Positions 21,125 to 31,942 are shown, counted from the first letter of the stretch. The stretch is DNA of 64,000 bases from an uncultured Xylophilus sp. (GCF_913776965.1 NZ_CAJYQL010000023.1:1248-65247); one strand, 5' to 3'. Numbers and translations are program-made. The notes: a model not told the origin generated them from the letters alone.

Positions 21125-22174
21125 ATGCCGCTGCTGCCCTACGCTCTCGCCCGCCCTCTTCTGTTCCGTCTCGATGCCGAAGCGGCGCACGACTTCACGC
21201 TCGACTGGCTGGCCCGAGGCCAGAACACGCCGCTCGCGTGCGCATGGAAGCAGCCGACCGTCGACGACCCGATCACGCTCGCGGGGTTGACGTTTCCGAA
21301 CCGGGTCGGCCTGGCGGCCGGGCTCGACAAGAACGCGCGCGCGATCGATGCCTTTGGTGCGATGGGTTTCGGCTTCGTGGAGGTCGGCACCGTCACGCCT
21401 CGCGGTCAGGCCGGCAATCCGAAGCCGCGCATGTTCCGCCTGCCGGATGCCGATGCACTGATCAACCGGCTGGGTTTCAACAATCAGGGTCTCGACGCCT
21501 TCCTGGCGAACGTGCGCCGGTCGCGACTGCGCCAGCGCGGTGCGGCGCTGCGCCTCGGGCTGAACATCGGCAAGAATGCCGACACCCCGATCGACCGTGC
21601 CACGGACGACTATCTGGCCTGCCTGGACGGCGTTTATCCGCATGCCGACTACATCACCGTCAACATCAGTTCGCCCAATACGAAGAACCTGCGCGCGCTC
21701 CAGGCGGACGACGCCCTCGACCCGCTGCTGGGCGCGATCACCGCGCGGCGCGGCGAACTGGCGGCCCGACACGGTCGCCAGGTGCCGGTATTCGTGAAGA
21801 TCGCGCCGGACCTGGACGAGGCACAGGTCGATGCGGTCGCCGCGACGTTGCTGCGCAACGGGATGGACGGCGTGATCGCGACCAATACGACCATCGCGCG
21901 CGACCAGGTGCAGGGCCTGCCGCATGCGGACGAGACAGGCGGGCTGTCGGGCGCGCCGGTACGCGAGGCGAGCAACCAGGTGGTCGCCCGGCTGCGCGCC
22001 CGGTTGGGCGCCGGTTTTCCGATCATCGGCGTGGGCGGCATTCTCTCGGCCGACGATGCGGTCGCGAAAGTGCAGGCGGGCGCCGACGTGGTGCAGATCT
22101 ACACCGGCCTCATCTACCGCGGGCCCGCACTGGTGCACGACGTCGCGCGTGCGCTCAGTGCCCTACGGAGATAG
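21125..22174 (+). CDS. pyrD: Dihydroorotate dehydrogenase (quinone), class 2
   Basis: 349 aa from [24 protein letters not shown]. Motifs [19 protein letters not shown] and NISSPNT. The track ORF starts 30 codons too early. Confidence 0.95.
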   Translation: MPLLPYALARPLLFRLDAEAAHDFTLDWLARGQNTPLACAWKQPTVDDPITLAGLTFPNRVGLAAGLDKNARAIDAFGAMGFGFVEVGTVTPRGQAGNPKPRMFRLPDADALINRLGFNNQGLDAFLANVRRSRLRQRGAALRLGLNIGKNADTPIDRATDDYLACLDGVYPHADYITVNISSPNTKNLRALQADDALDPLLGAITARRGELAARHGRQVPVFVKIAPDLDEAQVDAVAATLLRNGMDGVIATNTTIARDQVQGLPHADETGGLSGAPVREASNQVVARLRARLGAGFPIIGVGGILSADDAVAKVQAGADVVQIYTGLIYRGPALVHDVARALSALRR

Positions 22175-25100
22175 GCCGCAGATTGCTCAGCATCACCTGC
22201 ATCGGTGCCGGGCGTCCGAAGAGATAACCCTGGAAGGCACGGCAGCCGCTTTCGGTCAGGAAGTCGAGCTGACCGATGGTTTCGACGCCCTCCGCAACGA
22301 CGGCCAGATCCAGGCTTTCCGCGAGGGCGAGAATGGTCCTGACGATGGCGGCATCGTTGGGATCGGTCAGCACGTCGCGCACGAAAGACTGATCGATCTT
22401 CAGCTGGTCCAGCGGCAGCCGCTTCAGATAGCTGAGCGACGAATAGCCGGTGCCGAAATCGTCGAGCGAAAAACCGACTCCTCGCGCGCGGAGGGCGCCC
22501 ATCTTGGCGATGATGTCCTCCACGTCGTTCAACAGCAGGCTTTCGGTCAGTTCGATCTTGAGCCGGTCGCCGCGGGCACCGGTGCGCTCGAGGATCGACA
22601 CCACCTGCGGTGCGAAGTCCAGCTGCCGGAACTGGCGCGCACTCACGTTCACCGCGATGGTCAGGTCGCGGGTCTCGGGTTCGGCGGCCCACTGGACCAG
22701 TTGCGCGCAGGCCGTTTCGATCACCCACTGGCCGATGCCGAGGATCAGGCCGGTCTGTTCGGCCAGCGGAATGAACTCGCCGGGAGACACCATCCCGCGC
22801 TGCGGGTGGCGCCAGCGCAGCAACGCCTCCGCACCGGTGAGCTGCGCCTGGTGGTCGACCACCGGCTGGTAGTACAGGACCAGTTCCGCATTGTCGAGCG
22901 CAGTCCGCAGATCGGCTTCCAGCGCCGACCGGCGGATCACGGCCTGCTGCATCTCGGGATGGAAAAAGCACAGCGTATTGCGGCCCGCAGCCTTGGCCTG
23001 GTACATCGCGAGATCGGCCCGCTTCAGCAACTCGTCCACGCTGCGGATCTGTCCGTCGAACACCGCAATGCCCAGACTCGGCGTGCTGTGGTGCTGGTAG
23101 CCATCCAACAAGTAGGGGTGATTCAGTACCGACAGAACCCGCTCGCCGACGATCCGGGCATCGCGGACGGCCGTGGCTTCATCGCCGGGCAAAGACTCCA
23201 GCATCACCACGAACTCGTCGCCGCCGAGACGGGCGACCGTATCTCCGGACTTCACGCAGGTGACGAGCCGGTTGGCGACGCGCTCCAGGAGCGAATCCCC
23301 TACATCGTGTCCCATCGTGTCGTTCAGGTCCTTGAAATTGTCGAGATCGATGAACAGCAAGGCGCCGCGCTGCCCGCGATCGCGACAGCGTGCGAGCGCG
23401 GCGGTCAGGCGATCCAGCAGCAGACGTCGGTTGGGCAATCCGGTCAGTGCGTCGTAGAACGCGAGTCGCTCAATCTCGTCTTCCACCCGCTTGCGGTCGG
23501 TGATGCTGCGCCCGATGCCGCGGTAACCCCGGAAACGGCCGCTGGCGTCGAAGATCGGCGCTCCGCTGATCGAGACCCAATAGACCACGCCAGCCGTGTC
23601 GAGCCGCTGCAATTCGAGATCGTGGAATACCTCGTGCGCGTCAAGCACTGCGCGGTGGGCATCCCAGTCGTCGTCGGTCATGTTGAGCGCGCCGAGGTCC
23701 CATCGGGTGAGCCCGATGTTGTCCTCCTTGGGCATGCCGATCTGTGTATCGGAATACCCCTCGAACCGCACGAAGCGGTGCATCTCGTCGAGTTCCCAAT
23801 ACCAGTCGGACGACAGCTCGGTCAGGGCACGGAAACGGGCTTCGCTCAGACGCAACGCTTCGTCGGCGCGCTTGTGCTGGGTAACGTCCATGTGCGCGAT
23901 CACCATGCGCACCGGCGCGCCGGCTGCGTCGCGCTGCATCACTTTGCCGCGGTCGAGCACCCAGATCCAGCGGCCGCTGTGGTGCCGCATCCGGTATTCC
24001 GCTTCGTGGACGGCGGTCAACCCTTCCCAGTGGTCGGCGATCGATGCGCGGACCCGCGCGGTATCTTCCGGGTGGACGCGCGAGAACCAGTGGTCGGGTC
24101 CATGGACGGCTCCACCCGTCGGCAGCCCGAGCAGCACGCACCAGCGCGCGTTGAACTCGATGCGATGCTCGGGAATATTCCAGTCGAGCAGGCCGACATC
24201 GGCGCCCGACAGCATGAAATCCAGCCGTTCCGCATACGCCTTCTCGTCGATCGTGCGCTGACGATCACGCGCGTCGCGCGCCGCACGGCGGCGTTGCAGG
24301 GTCCAGAGGCCGATGGCACCGCACGCCGCCAGCAGAGCGGCGAGTAGAAGCTGGACCTGGAGCCGCTCGGCCCAGGGTGCGTACACGGCGTCCAGCGAAC
24401 GTGCCATGCGGATCTCCAGAGCCCGCTCCAGCATGCGCCCTTCGCCGCGCAGCGGCTGCCACACCGTCAGCTGGTCCGGCTCTGTGGACTGCGGTGCGAT
24501 CTGCTCCGGCACGCCTGAAACGGGCGCCGCGCCGAGCACCGTACCATCCGCATCGACAAGCGCGACCTGCATGTCCGGCGCGTAGAGCGACGAGGTGAGC
24601 ACGCCGGTGACGTAACGTCGGTCCATCACCGCGTAGACGAGTCCGTCGAACTCCCCATCCGGCCGGCTGATGGTGCGGAACAGCGTCAGACTGGGGCGCG
24701 CCGGCGATCCCAACCGGATGGCCGGCGTCGCACCGGTCACCCGTGCCGAGGTGCGCGCCGCCGCAAAAAGAGGTTCGTCCGCGACACTCGCCCCGACGGC
24801 GGCGAGGTCGTTGGATGCGCGCACCATCCCCTTGGCATCGACGATGCGCAACTGTTCGATGCCGGGCACCAGATCCTGCACCGCCTGCAGTGCTTGCGAG
24901 GTCCGATGCAGCGGATCCTGCCGATCGAAGACCACCGTCGAGATCCGCACGCGCTCGACCGCCGATGCCACCGCCGCCACCTCTTGTCCGAGACGATTGG
25001 CGATCTGGGCGGCCTGACCTGTCAGACGCTCTTTTTCTGCATCCTCGATGCGTTCGCGCTCCTCCAGCTGCAGATGCGCGCCGACCGTCAGGACGATGGC

Positions 25101-25205
25101 GAAGACCATCGACAGACCAACCCATTCCCACCAGGTCCGCGACTGCCGCCCGACAGCACCGCTATCGATGGCGCGCGCGGCCTCTCCGGGCGCTGGCTTA
25201 TCCAT
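22155..25205 (-). CDS. Membrane sensor protein: periplasmic domain - PAS repeats - GGDEF - EAL (c-di-GMP turnover)
   Basis: 1016 aa from ATG 25205 (MDKPAPGE..., then a TM segment [17 protein letters not shown]). Motifs [30 protein letters not shown] and LKIDQSFV. There is no SD before this ATG. It overlaps the convergent pyrD by 20 nt. Confidence 0.9.
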   Translation of the reverse strand: MDKPAPGEAARAIDSGAVGRQSRTWWEWVGLSMVFAIVLTVGAHLQLEERERIEDAEKERLTGQAAQIANRLGQEVAAVASAVERVRISTVVFDRQDPLHRTSQALQAVQDLVPGIEQLRIVDAKGMVRASNDLAAVGASVADEPLFAAARTSARVTGATPAIRLGSPARPSLTLFRTISRPDGEFDGLVYAVMDRRYVTGVLTSSLYAPDMQVALVDADGTVLGAAPVSGVPEQIAPQSTEPDQLTVWQPLRGEGRMLERALEIRMARSLDAVYAPWAERLQVQLLLAALLAACGAIGLWTLQRRRAARDARDRQRTIDEKAYAERLDFMLSGADVGLLDWNIPEHRIEFNARWCVLLGLPTGGAVHGPDHWFSRVHPEDTARVRASIADHWEGLTAVHEAEYRMRHHSGRWIWVLDRGKVMQRDAAGAPVRMVIAHMDVTQHKRADEALRLSEARFRALTELSSDWYWELDEMHRFVRFEGYSDTQIGMPKEDNIGLTRWDLGALNMTDDDWDAHRAVLDAHEVFHDLELQRLDTAGVVYWVSISGAPIFDASGRFRGYRGIGRSITDRKRVEDEIERLAFYDALTGLPNRRLLLDRLTAALARCRDRGQRGALLFIDLDNFKDLNDTMGHDVGDSLLERVANRLVTCVKSGDTVARLGGDEFVVMLESLPGDEATAVRDARIVGERVLSVLNHPYLLDGYQHHSTPSLGIAVFDGQIRSVDELLKRADLAMYQAKAAGRNTLCFFHPEMQQAVIRRSALEADLRTALDNAELVLYYQPVVDHQAQLTGAEALLRWRHPQRGMVSPGEFIPLAEQTGLILGIGQWVIETACAQLVQWAAEPETRDLTIAVNVSARQFRQLDFAPQVVSILERTGARGDRLKIELTESLLLNDVEDIIAKMGALRARGVGFSLDDFGTGYSSLSYLKRLPLDQLKIDQSFVRDVLTDPNDAAIVRTILALAESLDLAVVAEGVETIGQLDFLTESGCRAFQGYLFGRPAPMQVMLSNLRPISVGH

Positions 25206-25242
25206 GGAAGCCCGACGGACCGCACGACAGTGGCGAAAGCAT
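25198..25242 (-). CDS. Candidate leader uORF (14 codons, [14 protein letters not shown]) overlapping the GGDEF-EAL start codon
   Basis: ATG at 25242 is preceded by GAGGAGGA with a 3-nt spacer. Its TAA stop (25198-25200) lies 3 nt inside the main ORF, an 8-nt out-of-frame overlap. There is no evidence of translation other than the strong SD. Confidence 0.3.
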   Translation of the reverse strand: MLSPLSCGPSGFHG

Positions 25243-25264
25243 GGGTCCTCCTCGTACGGGTGGG

Positions 25265-25299
25265 CACACAAAAAAGCCCGACCGCAGGGTGCCGGGCTT
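25265..25299 (-). terminator. Intrinsic terminator-like hairpin in the leader of the GGDEF-EAL gene (or the 3' end of an sRNA)
   Basis: Minus-strand RNA AAGCCCG-12 nt loop-CGGGCUU followed by UUUUGUGUG. It ends about 22 nt before the uORF SD. Confidence 0.65.
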
Positions 25300-25431
25300 C
25301 CACGGGGGCAGCAGGTCAATTCGGAGAAAGGGCATGGACGGCCCTCTGCGGATCTCACCGTGCGATCGACTCAGTTTACACGTGATACCTGCCTGTCCCG
25401 GCCAAGCACGTCCCTACTGACACCGGCCGTG

Positions 25432-25470
25432 GCAAAAAGAAAACCCCGCAGTCCGAAAGACTGCGGGGTT
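25432..25470 (-). terminator. Rho-independent terminator of tRNA-Val
   Basis: CCCCGCAGUC-uuucg-GACUGCGGGG followed by UUUUCUUUUU on the minus strand, 7 nt after the tRNA 3' end. Confidence 0.9.
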
Positions 25471-25476
25471 CGATAT

Positions 25477-25551
25477 TGGTGGGTGATGCAGGGTTTGAAC
25501 CTGCGACCCCTGCCGTGTGAAGGCAGTGCTCTACCGCTGAGCTAATCACCC
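25477..25551 (-). tRNA. tRNA-Val (anticodon CAC), CCA encoded
   Basis: Reverse complement GGGTGATTAGCTCAGCGGTAGAGCACTGCCTTCACACGGCAGGGGTCGCAGGTTCAAACCCTGCATCACCCACCA. The cloverleaf folds by hand (7/4/5/5-bp stems, anticodon loop TTCACAC) and closely resembles E. coli tRNA-Val. Confidence 0.95.
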
Positions 25552-25592
25552 GTGTCGTTGTTCACAACAGCCCGCGATTATGGCACAGTTTT

Positions 25593-26291
25593 TCAGGCTT
25601 TTCGCCAAAGCGCACCGCCGGACGATTTGTCGAGCTGCAACAGTACTTTCTCGTGCGCTTCCAGTTCGTGCTCGCCCGCCAGGATGACCGGCAGCGTGAA
25701 CTGGCGCAGATCTACCTGCACTACTTCGACATGCCCGACCTCTGGTTCGTCCGTGTCGATCATCAGGGCGTTCTGACCACGCGTCAGATTGATGTACACG
25801 TCTGCCAGCAACTCGGCATCCAGCAAGGCTCCGTGCAGCGTCCGTCCGGAGTTGTCCACGCCGAGCCGGTCGCACAACGCATCCAGCGAGTTGCGTTTGC
25901 CCGGAAACATCTCCTTGGCCATCACCAGCGTATCGGTCACGCTGCCGACGTACCGCTTCAACGGCGGCCGACCGGTGAGTTCGAGTTCCTTGTTCAGGAA
26001 GCCGACGTCGAAGGCGGCGTTATGGATGATCACCTCGGCGCCGGTCAGGTAGTCGAGCAGTTCCTCGGCGACCGCCTCGAACTTCGGCTTGTCCCGCAGG
26101 AACTCGTTGCTGATACCGTGCACCTTCAGCGCATCCTCGTGGCTGTCGCGGCCCGGATTCAGGTAGTAGTGCTTGTTGCGGCCGGTCAGCTTGCGGCCGA
26201 CCAGTTCCACGCAGCCGATCTCGATGATGCGGTCGCCCCCTTCGGCTGAGAGTCCGGTGGTTTCCGTATCGAGCACGATCTGGCGCGCCAT
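25593..26291 (-). CDS. dnaQ: DNA polymerase III epsilon subunit (3'-5' proofreading exonuclease)
   Basis: 232 aa from ATG 26291 (AAGGAGA about 10 nt upstream, inside the fdx 3' end). Exo motifs IVLDTETTGL, IIHNAAFDVGFL and HGALLDAELLADVY. An alternative ATG lies at 26312. Confidence 0.92.
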   Translation of the reverse strand: MARQIVLDTETTGLSAEGGDRIIEIGCVELVGRKLTGRNKHYYLNPGRDSHEDALKVHGISNEFLRDKPKFEAVAEELLDYLTGAEVIIHNAAFDVGFLNKELELTGRPPLKRYVGSVTDTLVMAKEMFPGKRNSLDALCDRLGVDNSGRTLHGALLDAELLADVYINLTRGQNALMIDTDEPEVGHVEVVQVDLRQFTLPVILAGEHELEAHEKVLLQLDKSSGGALWRKA

Positions 26292-26292
26292 G

Positions 26293-26631
26293 TCAGTGGT
26301 TCTCCTTGGCATGGTTGATCGAGTATTTCGGGATCTCGACCGTCACGTCGGCCTGCGCCAGTATCGCCTGGCAGGACAGGCGCGACTGCGGCTCCAGGCC
26401 CCATGCACGGTCCAGCAGGTCTTCCTCGACCTCGTCGGGTTCGCCGAGCGATGCGAAGCCCTCGCGCACCACCACGTGGCAGGTGGTGCAGGCCGCGCTC
26501 ATGTCACATGCATGCTCGATCGCGATGTCGTGGTCGAGCAAGGCCTCGCAGATCGAGGTCCCGGCAGGTGCCGTGACCTGTGCGCCCTCCGGGCAGTATT
26601 CGGGATGGGGAAGAATCTTGATGACCGGCAT
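26293..26631 (-). CDS. fdx: ISC-system [2Fe-2S] ferredoxin
   Basis: 112 aa. MPVIKILPHPEYCPEG..., with cluster cysteines in ACDMSAACTTCHV and SRLSCQ. Confidence 0.93.
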   Translation of the reverse strand: MPVIKILPHPEYCPEGAQVTAPAGTSICEALLDHDIAIEHACDMSAACTTCHVVVREGFASLGEPDEVEEDLLDRAWGLEPQSRLSCQAILAQADVTVEIPKYSINHAKENH

Positions 26632-26664
26632 GGCTCGAAACTGTCGTGGGAAGGACGGAGGCGC

Positions 26665-28533
26665 TCAGAGCGCCTGGACGTTGCGGCCCGCCAAAGCTTG
26701 GCGGATGCCGCGGTTCATGCGCTCAGCGGCGAAGGCTTCGGTGCCGTCGGCGAGCGCCTTGGTGGCGGCGACCAGCGTCGGTGCATCGGTGCTGTCGGCG
26801 TGGGCGCGCTCCAGTGCCGACACCAGCGCCTCGATCCCAGACCGCGCGTCCGCATCCAAGAGGTCGCCATCGGCGGCGAGCGCGCTGCGGGTGGCCATCA
26901 GCATGCGTTCGGCATCGACCCGGGCCTCGGCGATCGCCCGTGCGGCCATGTCCTGGCCGGCGGTGGCGAAACTCTCCTGCAGCATGCGGGCGATGTCGCC
27001 GTCGGCCAGGCCGTACGAGGGTTTGACGTCGATCCACGCCTCGACGCCGCTGGTCTGCTCGCGGGCGGCGACGCTCAGCAGGCCGTCCGCATCGATCGTG
27101 AAGGTCACGCGGATGCGTGCCGCGCCGGCAGGCATGGGCGGAATGCCGCGCAATTCGAATCGCGCCAGACTGCGGCAGTCGGCGACGAGGTCCCGCTCGC
27201 CCTGCACCACGTGCAGCGCGAGCGCGGTCTGGCCGTCCTGGTAGGTGGTGAAGTCCTGGGCCTTCGCCGTGGGGATCGTCTCGTTGCGCGACACGATGCG
27301 CTCCACCAGCCCACCCATGGTCTCGATGCCGAGCGACAGGGGAATCACGTCGAGCAGCAGCAGGTCGCCACTGCCCTGCCCTGCCAGTTGCTGCGCCTGG
27401 ATCGCCGCACCGAGTGCGACTACCTGGTCCGGATCGAGATCGACCAGCGGTTCGCGCCCGAAGCATCGGCCCACCGCCGCACGGACCTGCGGCATGCGCG
27501 TCGCACCGCCCACCAGAACGACACCCTGTACGTCGTCGGGACCTATGTCGGCATCACGGAGGGCACGTCGCACGGCGGCTATGGTGCGGGCGGTCAGTGC
27601 CGCCGTCGCCTCCTCGAACTCGGCGCGTTTGACCTCGAAATGCACCACAGCGCCCGCCAGCTCCGCGGAGAACGCTACCCAATCCATAGCAGACAGCGCT
27701 TCCTTGCAGGCCCGGGCAGCCTGCCGCAGCGCCGCCTTGTCGGATGCGCTGTCGGCACGCGCACCGGTGCGCTCCAGGACCCAGTCGGCCAGCGTAGCGT
27801 CGTAATCGTCGCCGCCGAGCGCCGAGTCGCCGCCGGTGGCGATCACCTCGAACACACCCCGCGTCAGGCGCAGGATCGAAATGTCGAACGTACCACCCCC
27901 GAGGTCGTAGACCGCGTAGATGCCCTCGCTGGCGTTGTCGAGCCCGTAGGCGATCGCCGCTGCGGTCGGCTCGTTGATGAGCCGCAGGACTTCCAGCCCT
28001 GCCAGGCGGGCGGCATCCTTGGTTGCCTGTCGCTGCGCATCGTCGAAATAGGCGGGGACCGTGATGACCGCACCGCGGATATCGTCGTCGAAGGTGTCTT
28101 CCGCCCGCTGCCGCAGCGTGGCGAGGATCTCTGCACTGACTTCCACCGGTGACTTCACACCGGCAACCGTCTCAATGCCGAGCATGCCTCCCTCCGCACC
28201 AGCGTCCTGCACGAAGCGGTACGGCAGCCGATCCGGACGGTCGAGGTCGCTCACCGACCGGCCCATGAAGCGTTTTGCCGACACGATGGTGTTCTCGGGG
28301 TCCTCCACCGCCGACGCGCGGGCGTCCCAGCCGATCTGCCGGCCCTGCGCCGACAGATAGCGCACCACCGACGGCAACAGAATGCGGCCCTGCTCGTCGG
28401 GCAGGCATTCGGCGACACCGTTGCGCACGGCAGCGACCAGCGAATGCGTCGTGCCCAGGTCGATGCCGACGACGATATGGCGCTGATGCGGGTCGGGGGA
28501 CTGGTGGGGCTCGGAGATCTGGAGAAGTGCCAT
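26665..28533 (-). CDS. hscA: Fe-S cluster assembly chaperone HscA (Hsp70 family)
   Basis: 622 aa. Motifs [25 protein letters not shown] and [11 protein letters not shown]. Confidence 0.96.
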   Translation of the reverse strand: MALLQISEPHQSPDPHQRHIVVGIDLGTTHSLVAAVRNGVAECLPDEQGRILLPSVVRYLSAQGRQIGWDARASAVEDPENTIVSAKRFMGRSVSDLDRPDRLPYRFVQDAGAEGGMLGIETVAGVKSPVEVSAEILATLRQRAEDTFDDDIRGAVITVPAYFDDAQRQATKDAARLAGLEVLRLINEPTAAAIAYGLDNASEGIYAVYDLGGGTFDISILRLTRGVFEVIATGGDSALGGDDYDATLADWVLERTGARADSASDKAALRQAARACKEALSAMDWVAFSAELAGAVVHFEVKRAEFEEATAALTARTIAAVRRALRDADIGPDDVQGVVLVGGATRMPQVRAAVGRCFGREPLVDLDPDQVVALGAAIQAQQLAGQGSGDLLLLDVIPLSLGIETMGGLVERIVSRNETIPTAKAQDFTTYQDGQTALALHVVQGERDLVADCRSLARFELRGIPPMPAGAARIRVTFTIDADGLLSVAAREQTSGVEAWIDVKPSYGLADGDIARMLQESFATAGQDMAARAIAEARVDAERMLMATRSALAADGDLLDADARSGIEALVSALERAHADSTDAPTLVAATKALADGTEAFAAERMNRGIRQALAGRNVQAL

Positions 28534-28563
28534 GCGGTAGAGGGGACAGGTCGGGGCAACCGT

Positions 28564-29082
28564 CTATTGTCCGTGCTGATCCGCGCGTGCCGCGACATCC
28601 TGTGCGAAACGCGTGATGAACATGAGGGCTCTGACTTCGCGTGCCGCGGCGGCGGCGTCGTCGTCCCTGTCGAGTGCTGCCTCGCAACGCTCCAGTGCGG
28701 CACGGCGGGCGGCGCGGACTTCGGCCTCGAGCGCAGCCAGGGCCTCCGCGTCGTCCGCATCGTCGAGCGCCTCGCGCCATTCCATCTGCTGCATCAAGAA
28801 GGCCGGCGGCATGGCGGTGTTGTCCTCCGCGGCGATCGGCGCACCGCGCAATTCGCACAGATAGGCAGCGCGCTTCAGCGGATCCTTCAGACGGCGGTAG
28901 GCCTCGTTGATCCGCACCGACCACTGCATCGCGATCCGCTGCGCCACCGCACCGTCGGCCGCGAAACGGTCCGGATGCGCCTCGCGCTGCAGTTCCTTCC
29001 AGCGGGTGTCGATGGCAGCGGCATCCTGGCCGAAGCGCTTCGGCAAACCGAAAAGCTCGAAATCATCAGACTGCAGATTCAT
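28564..29082 (-). CDS. hscB: Fe-S cluster co-chaperone HscB (J-domain)
   Basis: 172 aa from MNLQSDDFELFGLP, with the J-domain HPD in LQREAHPDRF. The track ORF starts 13 codons earlier. Confidence 0.9.
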   Translation of the reverse strand: MNLQSDDFELFGLPKRFGQDAAAIDTRWKELQREAHPDRFAADGAVAQRIAMQWSVRINEAYRRLKDPLKRAAYLCELRGAPIAAEDNTAMPPAFLMQQMEWREALDDADDAEALAALEAEVRAARRAALERCEAALDRDDDAAAAAREVRALMFITRFAQDVAARADQHGQ

Positions 29083-29160
29083 CGTTCGGACGTTCAAAGC
29101 CAAGAAAAAGACCGCCGGCACCGTGATGCAGGCGGTCGATGGGTTGAGGCCAGTGCCGGC

Positions 29161-29484
29161 TCAGATCCGGAAACTCTCGCCGCAGCCGCAGCGGTCGCGT
29201 TCGTTCGGATTGTTGAACTTGAAACCTTCGTTCAAGCCCTCCCGCACGAAGTCGAGCTCGGTGCCATCGAGGTAGGCCAGACTTTTCGGATCGACCATCA
29301 CCTTGACGCCGTGGTTCTCGAAGGTCACGTCGCCTTCGGTCAGGTCGTCGACGTACTCGAGCTTGTAGGCCATGCCCGAGCAGCCGGTCGTCTTCACGCC
29401 GAGGCGCACGCCCAGCCCCCTGCCCCGCTTGGTCAGGTAGCGGCTGACGTGCCGCGCAGCCTTTTCGGTCAGGGTGACGGCCAT
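29161..29484 (-). CDS. iscA: Iron-sulfur cluster insertion protein IscA (A-type carrier)
   Basis: 107 aa from [13 protein letters not shown]. Motifs GCSGMAY and C-terminal CGCGESF. Confidence 0.94.
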   Translation of the reverse strand: MAVTLTEKAARHVSRYLTKRGRGLGVRLGVKTTGCSGMAYKLEYVDDLTEGDVTFENHGVKVMVDPKSLAYLDGTELDFVREGLNEGFKFNNPNERDRCGCGESFRI

Positions 29485-29485
29485 G

Positions 29486-29905
29486 TCAGTGCGCTGCCTC
29501 CGCGACCGCCGGGATGTCGGCCGAAGCGCGCTTCTTGCGGTAATCATCCACCGCAGCCTTGATCGCGTCTTCGGCCAGGATCGAGCAGTGCACCTTCACC
29601 GGCGGCAGTGCCAGCTCTTCGGCGATGACGCTGTTCTTCAGCGCGGCGGCTTCGTCGAGCGTCTTGCCCTTGACCCATTCGGTCACCAGCGACGACGACG
29701 CGATCGCCGAACCGCAGCCGTAGGTCTTGAAGCGCGCATCTTCGATCACGCCGGTATCCGGGTTGACCTTGATCTGCAGCTTCATCACGTCGCCGCAGGC
29801 GGGCGCGCCCACCATCCCGGTGCCGACCGAATCGTCGCCCTTCGCGAAGGAGCCGACGTTGCGGGGGTTTTCATAGTGGTCGATGACCTTGTCGGAATAA
29901 GCCAT
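29486..29905 (-). CDS. iscU: Fe-S cluster scaffold IscU
   Basis: 139 aa. Motifs [32 protein letters not shown] and LPPVKVHCS. Confidence 0.97.
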   Translation of the reverse strand: MAYSDKVIDHYENPRNVGSFAKGDDSVGTGMVGAPACGDVMKLQIKVNPDTGVIEDARFKTYGCGSAIASSSLVTEWVKGKTLDEAAALKNSVIAEELALPPVKVHCSILAEDAIKAAVDDYRKKRASADIPAVAEAAH

Positions 29906-29950
29906 GGCAGTTCCTTGTTCTGATACGAAATCGTGGGGCGGGCCGGCGCG

Positions 29951-31171
29951 TCAGTGCGCGGCCCACTGGATGGTGCTGATGTCGATGCCGTCCTGGTGCA
30001 TCTCCCACAGCGGGCTCAGTTCGCGCAGCTTCGCGACGTTGTGCCGGATGGTCGAGATCGCATAGTCGATCTCTTCCTCGGTGGTGAAACGGCCGATGGT
30101 CATGCGCAGGCTGCTGTGCGCGAGTTCGTCGCTGCGGCCGAGGGCGCGCAGCACGTAGCTCGGCTCCAGGCTGGCGGACGTGCAGGCCGAGCCCGACGAC
30201 ACCGCCAGACCCTTGATGCCCATGATCAGCGACTCGCCTTCGACGAAGTTGAAGCTCATGTTCAGGTTCTGCGGCACTCGGCGCTCCATGCTGCCGTTGA
30301 TGAATACCTGTTCGATGTCCTTCAGGCCATCGAGCAGGCGCTGCTGCAGCACGCGCGCCTTCGCATTCACCTCGTCCATTTCCAGGCGGATGATGCGGAA
30401 GGCCTCGCCCATGCCGACGATCTGGTGGGTCGGCAAGGTGCCCGAGCGCATGCCGCGCTCGTGACCGCCGCCGTGGATCTGCGCTTCCAGCCGGACCCGC
30501 GGCTTGCGGCGCACGTACAGCGCGCCGACCCCTTTCGGGCCATAGGTCTTGTGGGCCGTCATGCTCATCAGGTCGACCGGCAGCGTCTTCATGTCGATCG
30601 CGACGCGGCCGGTAGCCTGCGCAGCATCCACATGAAACAGCACACCCTTCTCGCGGCACAGCGCGCCGATGGCCGGGATGTCCTGGATGACGCCGATCTC
30701 GTTGTTGACGAACAGCACACTGACGATGATCGTGTCGGGCCGGATCGCCGCCTTCAGCTTGTCGAAGTCGACCAGGCCATCTTCCTCGACGTCGAGGTAG
30801 GTCACCTCGAAGCCCTGGCGCTCCAGTTCGCGCATCGTGTCGAGCACGGCCTTGTGCTCGGTCTTCAGCGTGATCAAGTGCTTGCCTTTCGACTTGTAGA
30901 AGTGGGCGGCGCCCTTCAAGGCGAGGTTGATCGACTCGGTCGCACCGCTGGTCCAGACGATCTCCCGCGGGTCGGCACCAATCAGCTCGGCCACTTGGCC
31001 ACGGGCCTTCTCGATGGCTTCTTCGGCTTCCCAGCCCCACGCGTGGCTGCGAGAGGCCGCATTGCCGAAATGCTCGCGCAGCCAGGGAATCATCGCGTCG
31101 ACAACGCGCGGGTCCACCGGCGTCGTTGCGCCGTAGTCAAGATAGATCGGAAAGTGCGGGGTCATGTCCAT
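29951..31171 (-). CDS. iscS: Cysteine desulfurase IscS
   Basis: 406 aa. Motifs [28 protein letters not shown]-Lys context [12 protein letters not shown] and [21 protein letters not shown]. Confidence 0.97.
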   Translation of the reverse strand: MDMTPHFPIYLDYGATTPVDPRVVDAMIPWLREHFGNAASRSHAWGWEAEEAIEKARGQVAELIGADPREIVWTSGATESINLALKGAAHFYKSKGKHLITLKTEHKAVLDTMRELERQGFEVTYLDVEEDGLVDFDKLKAAIRPDTIIVSVLFVNNEIGVIQDIPAIGALCREKGVLFHVDAAQATGRVAIDMKTLPVDLMSMTAHKTYGPKGVGALYVRRKPRVRLEAQIHGGGHERGMRSGTLPTHQIVGMGEAFRIIRLEMDEVNAKARVLQQRLLDGLKDIEQVFINGSMERRVPQNLNMSFNFVEGESLIMGIKGLAVSSGSACTSASLEPSYVLRALGRSDELAHSSLRMTIGRFTTEEEIDYAISTIRHNVAKLRELSPLWEMHQDGIDISTIQWAAH

Positions 31172-31279
31172 AGCAAACTTGGTGGGCTGGCGGAAGCGCG
31201 AAGCTCCGGCTGGCGATCAAACGGACAGGCAATGCCGCATGGCATCGACCGTCTCCGGAAGCGGCCGTGGCCGCCTCCC

Positions 31280-31816
31280 TCAGGACTTGGCGAAGGCGTT
31301 GCCGAGGGCGAACACCGAGTTCGGTGCGTTCACCCGGATCGGCTTGACGACCGGCGTGCTGGAGATGGCACGGCGCACGGCCGGCTTGTCCTCCACCTGC
31401 ACGCCCTTGGCGATCTGCTCGTCCACCAGCTTCTGCAGCGTGACCGAATCGAGGAACTCCACCATGCGCTGGTTCAGCGACGCCCACAGTTCGTGCGTCA
31501 TGCAGCGGCCGGCTTCGCCAAGGCAGTTTTCCTTGCCGCCGCAGTGCGTGGCATCGATCGGTTCGTCGACCGACACGATGATGTCGGCCACCGTGATGTC
31601 GGCAGCCTTGCGGCCGAGCGTGTAACCGCCGCCGGGGCCGCGGGTGGACTCGACCAGTTCGTGGCGGCGCAGCTTGCCGAATAGCTGTTCCAGATAGGAC
31701 AGCGAGATCTGCTGGCGCTGGCTGATGGCAGCCAATGTGACCGGGCCATTGTTCTGGCGCAGGGCCAGATCGATCATGGCAGTCACGGCAAAACGACCTT
31801 TGGTTGTGAGACGCAT
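31280..31816 (-). CDS. iscR: Fe-S cluster assembly transcriptional regulator IscR (Rrf2 family)
   Basis: 178 aa from MRLTTKGRFAVTAMIDLAL (AAGGAG RBS). Cluster ligands lie in CGGKENCLGEAGRCMTHELW. The track ORF is 39 codons too long. Confidence 0.94.
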   Translation of the reverse strand: MRLTTKGRFAVTAMIDLALRQNNGPVTLAAISQRQQISLSYLEQLFGKLRRHELVESTRGPGGGYTLGRKAADITVADIIVSVDEPIDATHCGGKENCLGEAGRCMTHELWASLNQRMVEFLDSVTLQKLVDEQIAKGVQVEDKPAVRRAISSTPVVKPIRVNAPNSVFALGNAFAKS

Positions 31817-31942
31817 GGCAACTCCTTGTGGCTGATGCTCGTGTGTAAAACCTCCGGCGTGTGGCCGGTGGCACCGTCTCCGCCCTGTTTCCCCTCGTGG
31901 CCGGCATCCGCAGCGCACGACGAGGCCCTTCATCGCAGGTTC

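Noticed and set aside
22155-22174. A 20-nt convergent overlap of the 3' ends of pyrD and the GGDEF-EAL gene.
   Set aside because: Short convergent overlaps are common in compact GC-rich genomes. No terminator or antisense-regulatory structure is evident, and both stops are unambiguous.
25243-25431. The possibility that the leader of the GGDEF-EAL gene is a c-di-GMP (GEMM-I/II) riboswitch.
   Set aside because: By eye I cannot find the conserved GEMM features I remember (the ACGCACAGGGCAAAC-type 5' block and the paired tetraloop/receptor hairpins). The idea stays untested rather than supported, and a covariance-model scan would settle it. The terminator and uORF are reported separately.
25432-25600. 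tRNA-Val as a potential integration hotspot for a genomic island or prophage.
   Set aside because: Both flanks are housekeeping genes (dnaQ/isc operon and the c-di-GMP sensor/pyrD). I noticed no integrase, no direct repeat of the tRNA 3' end and no compositional shift.
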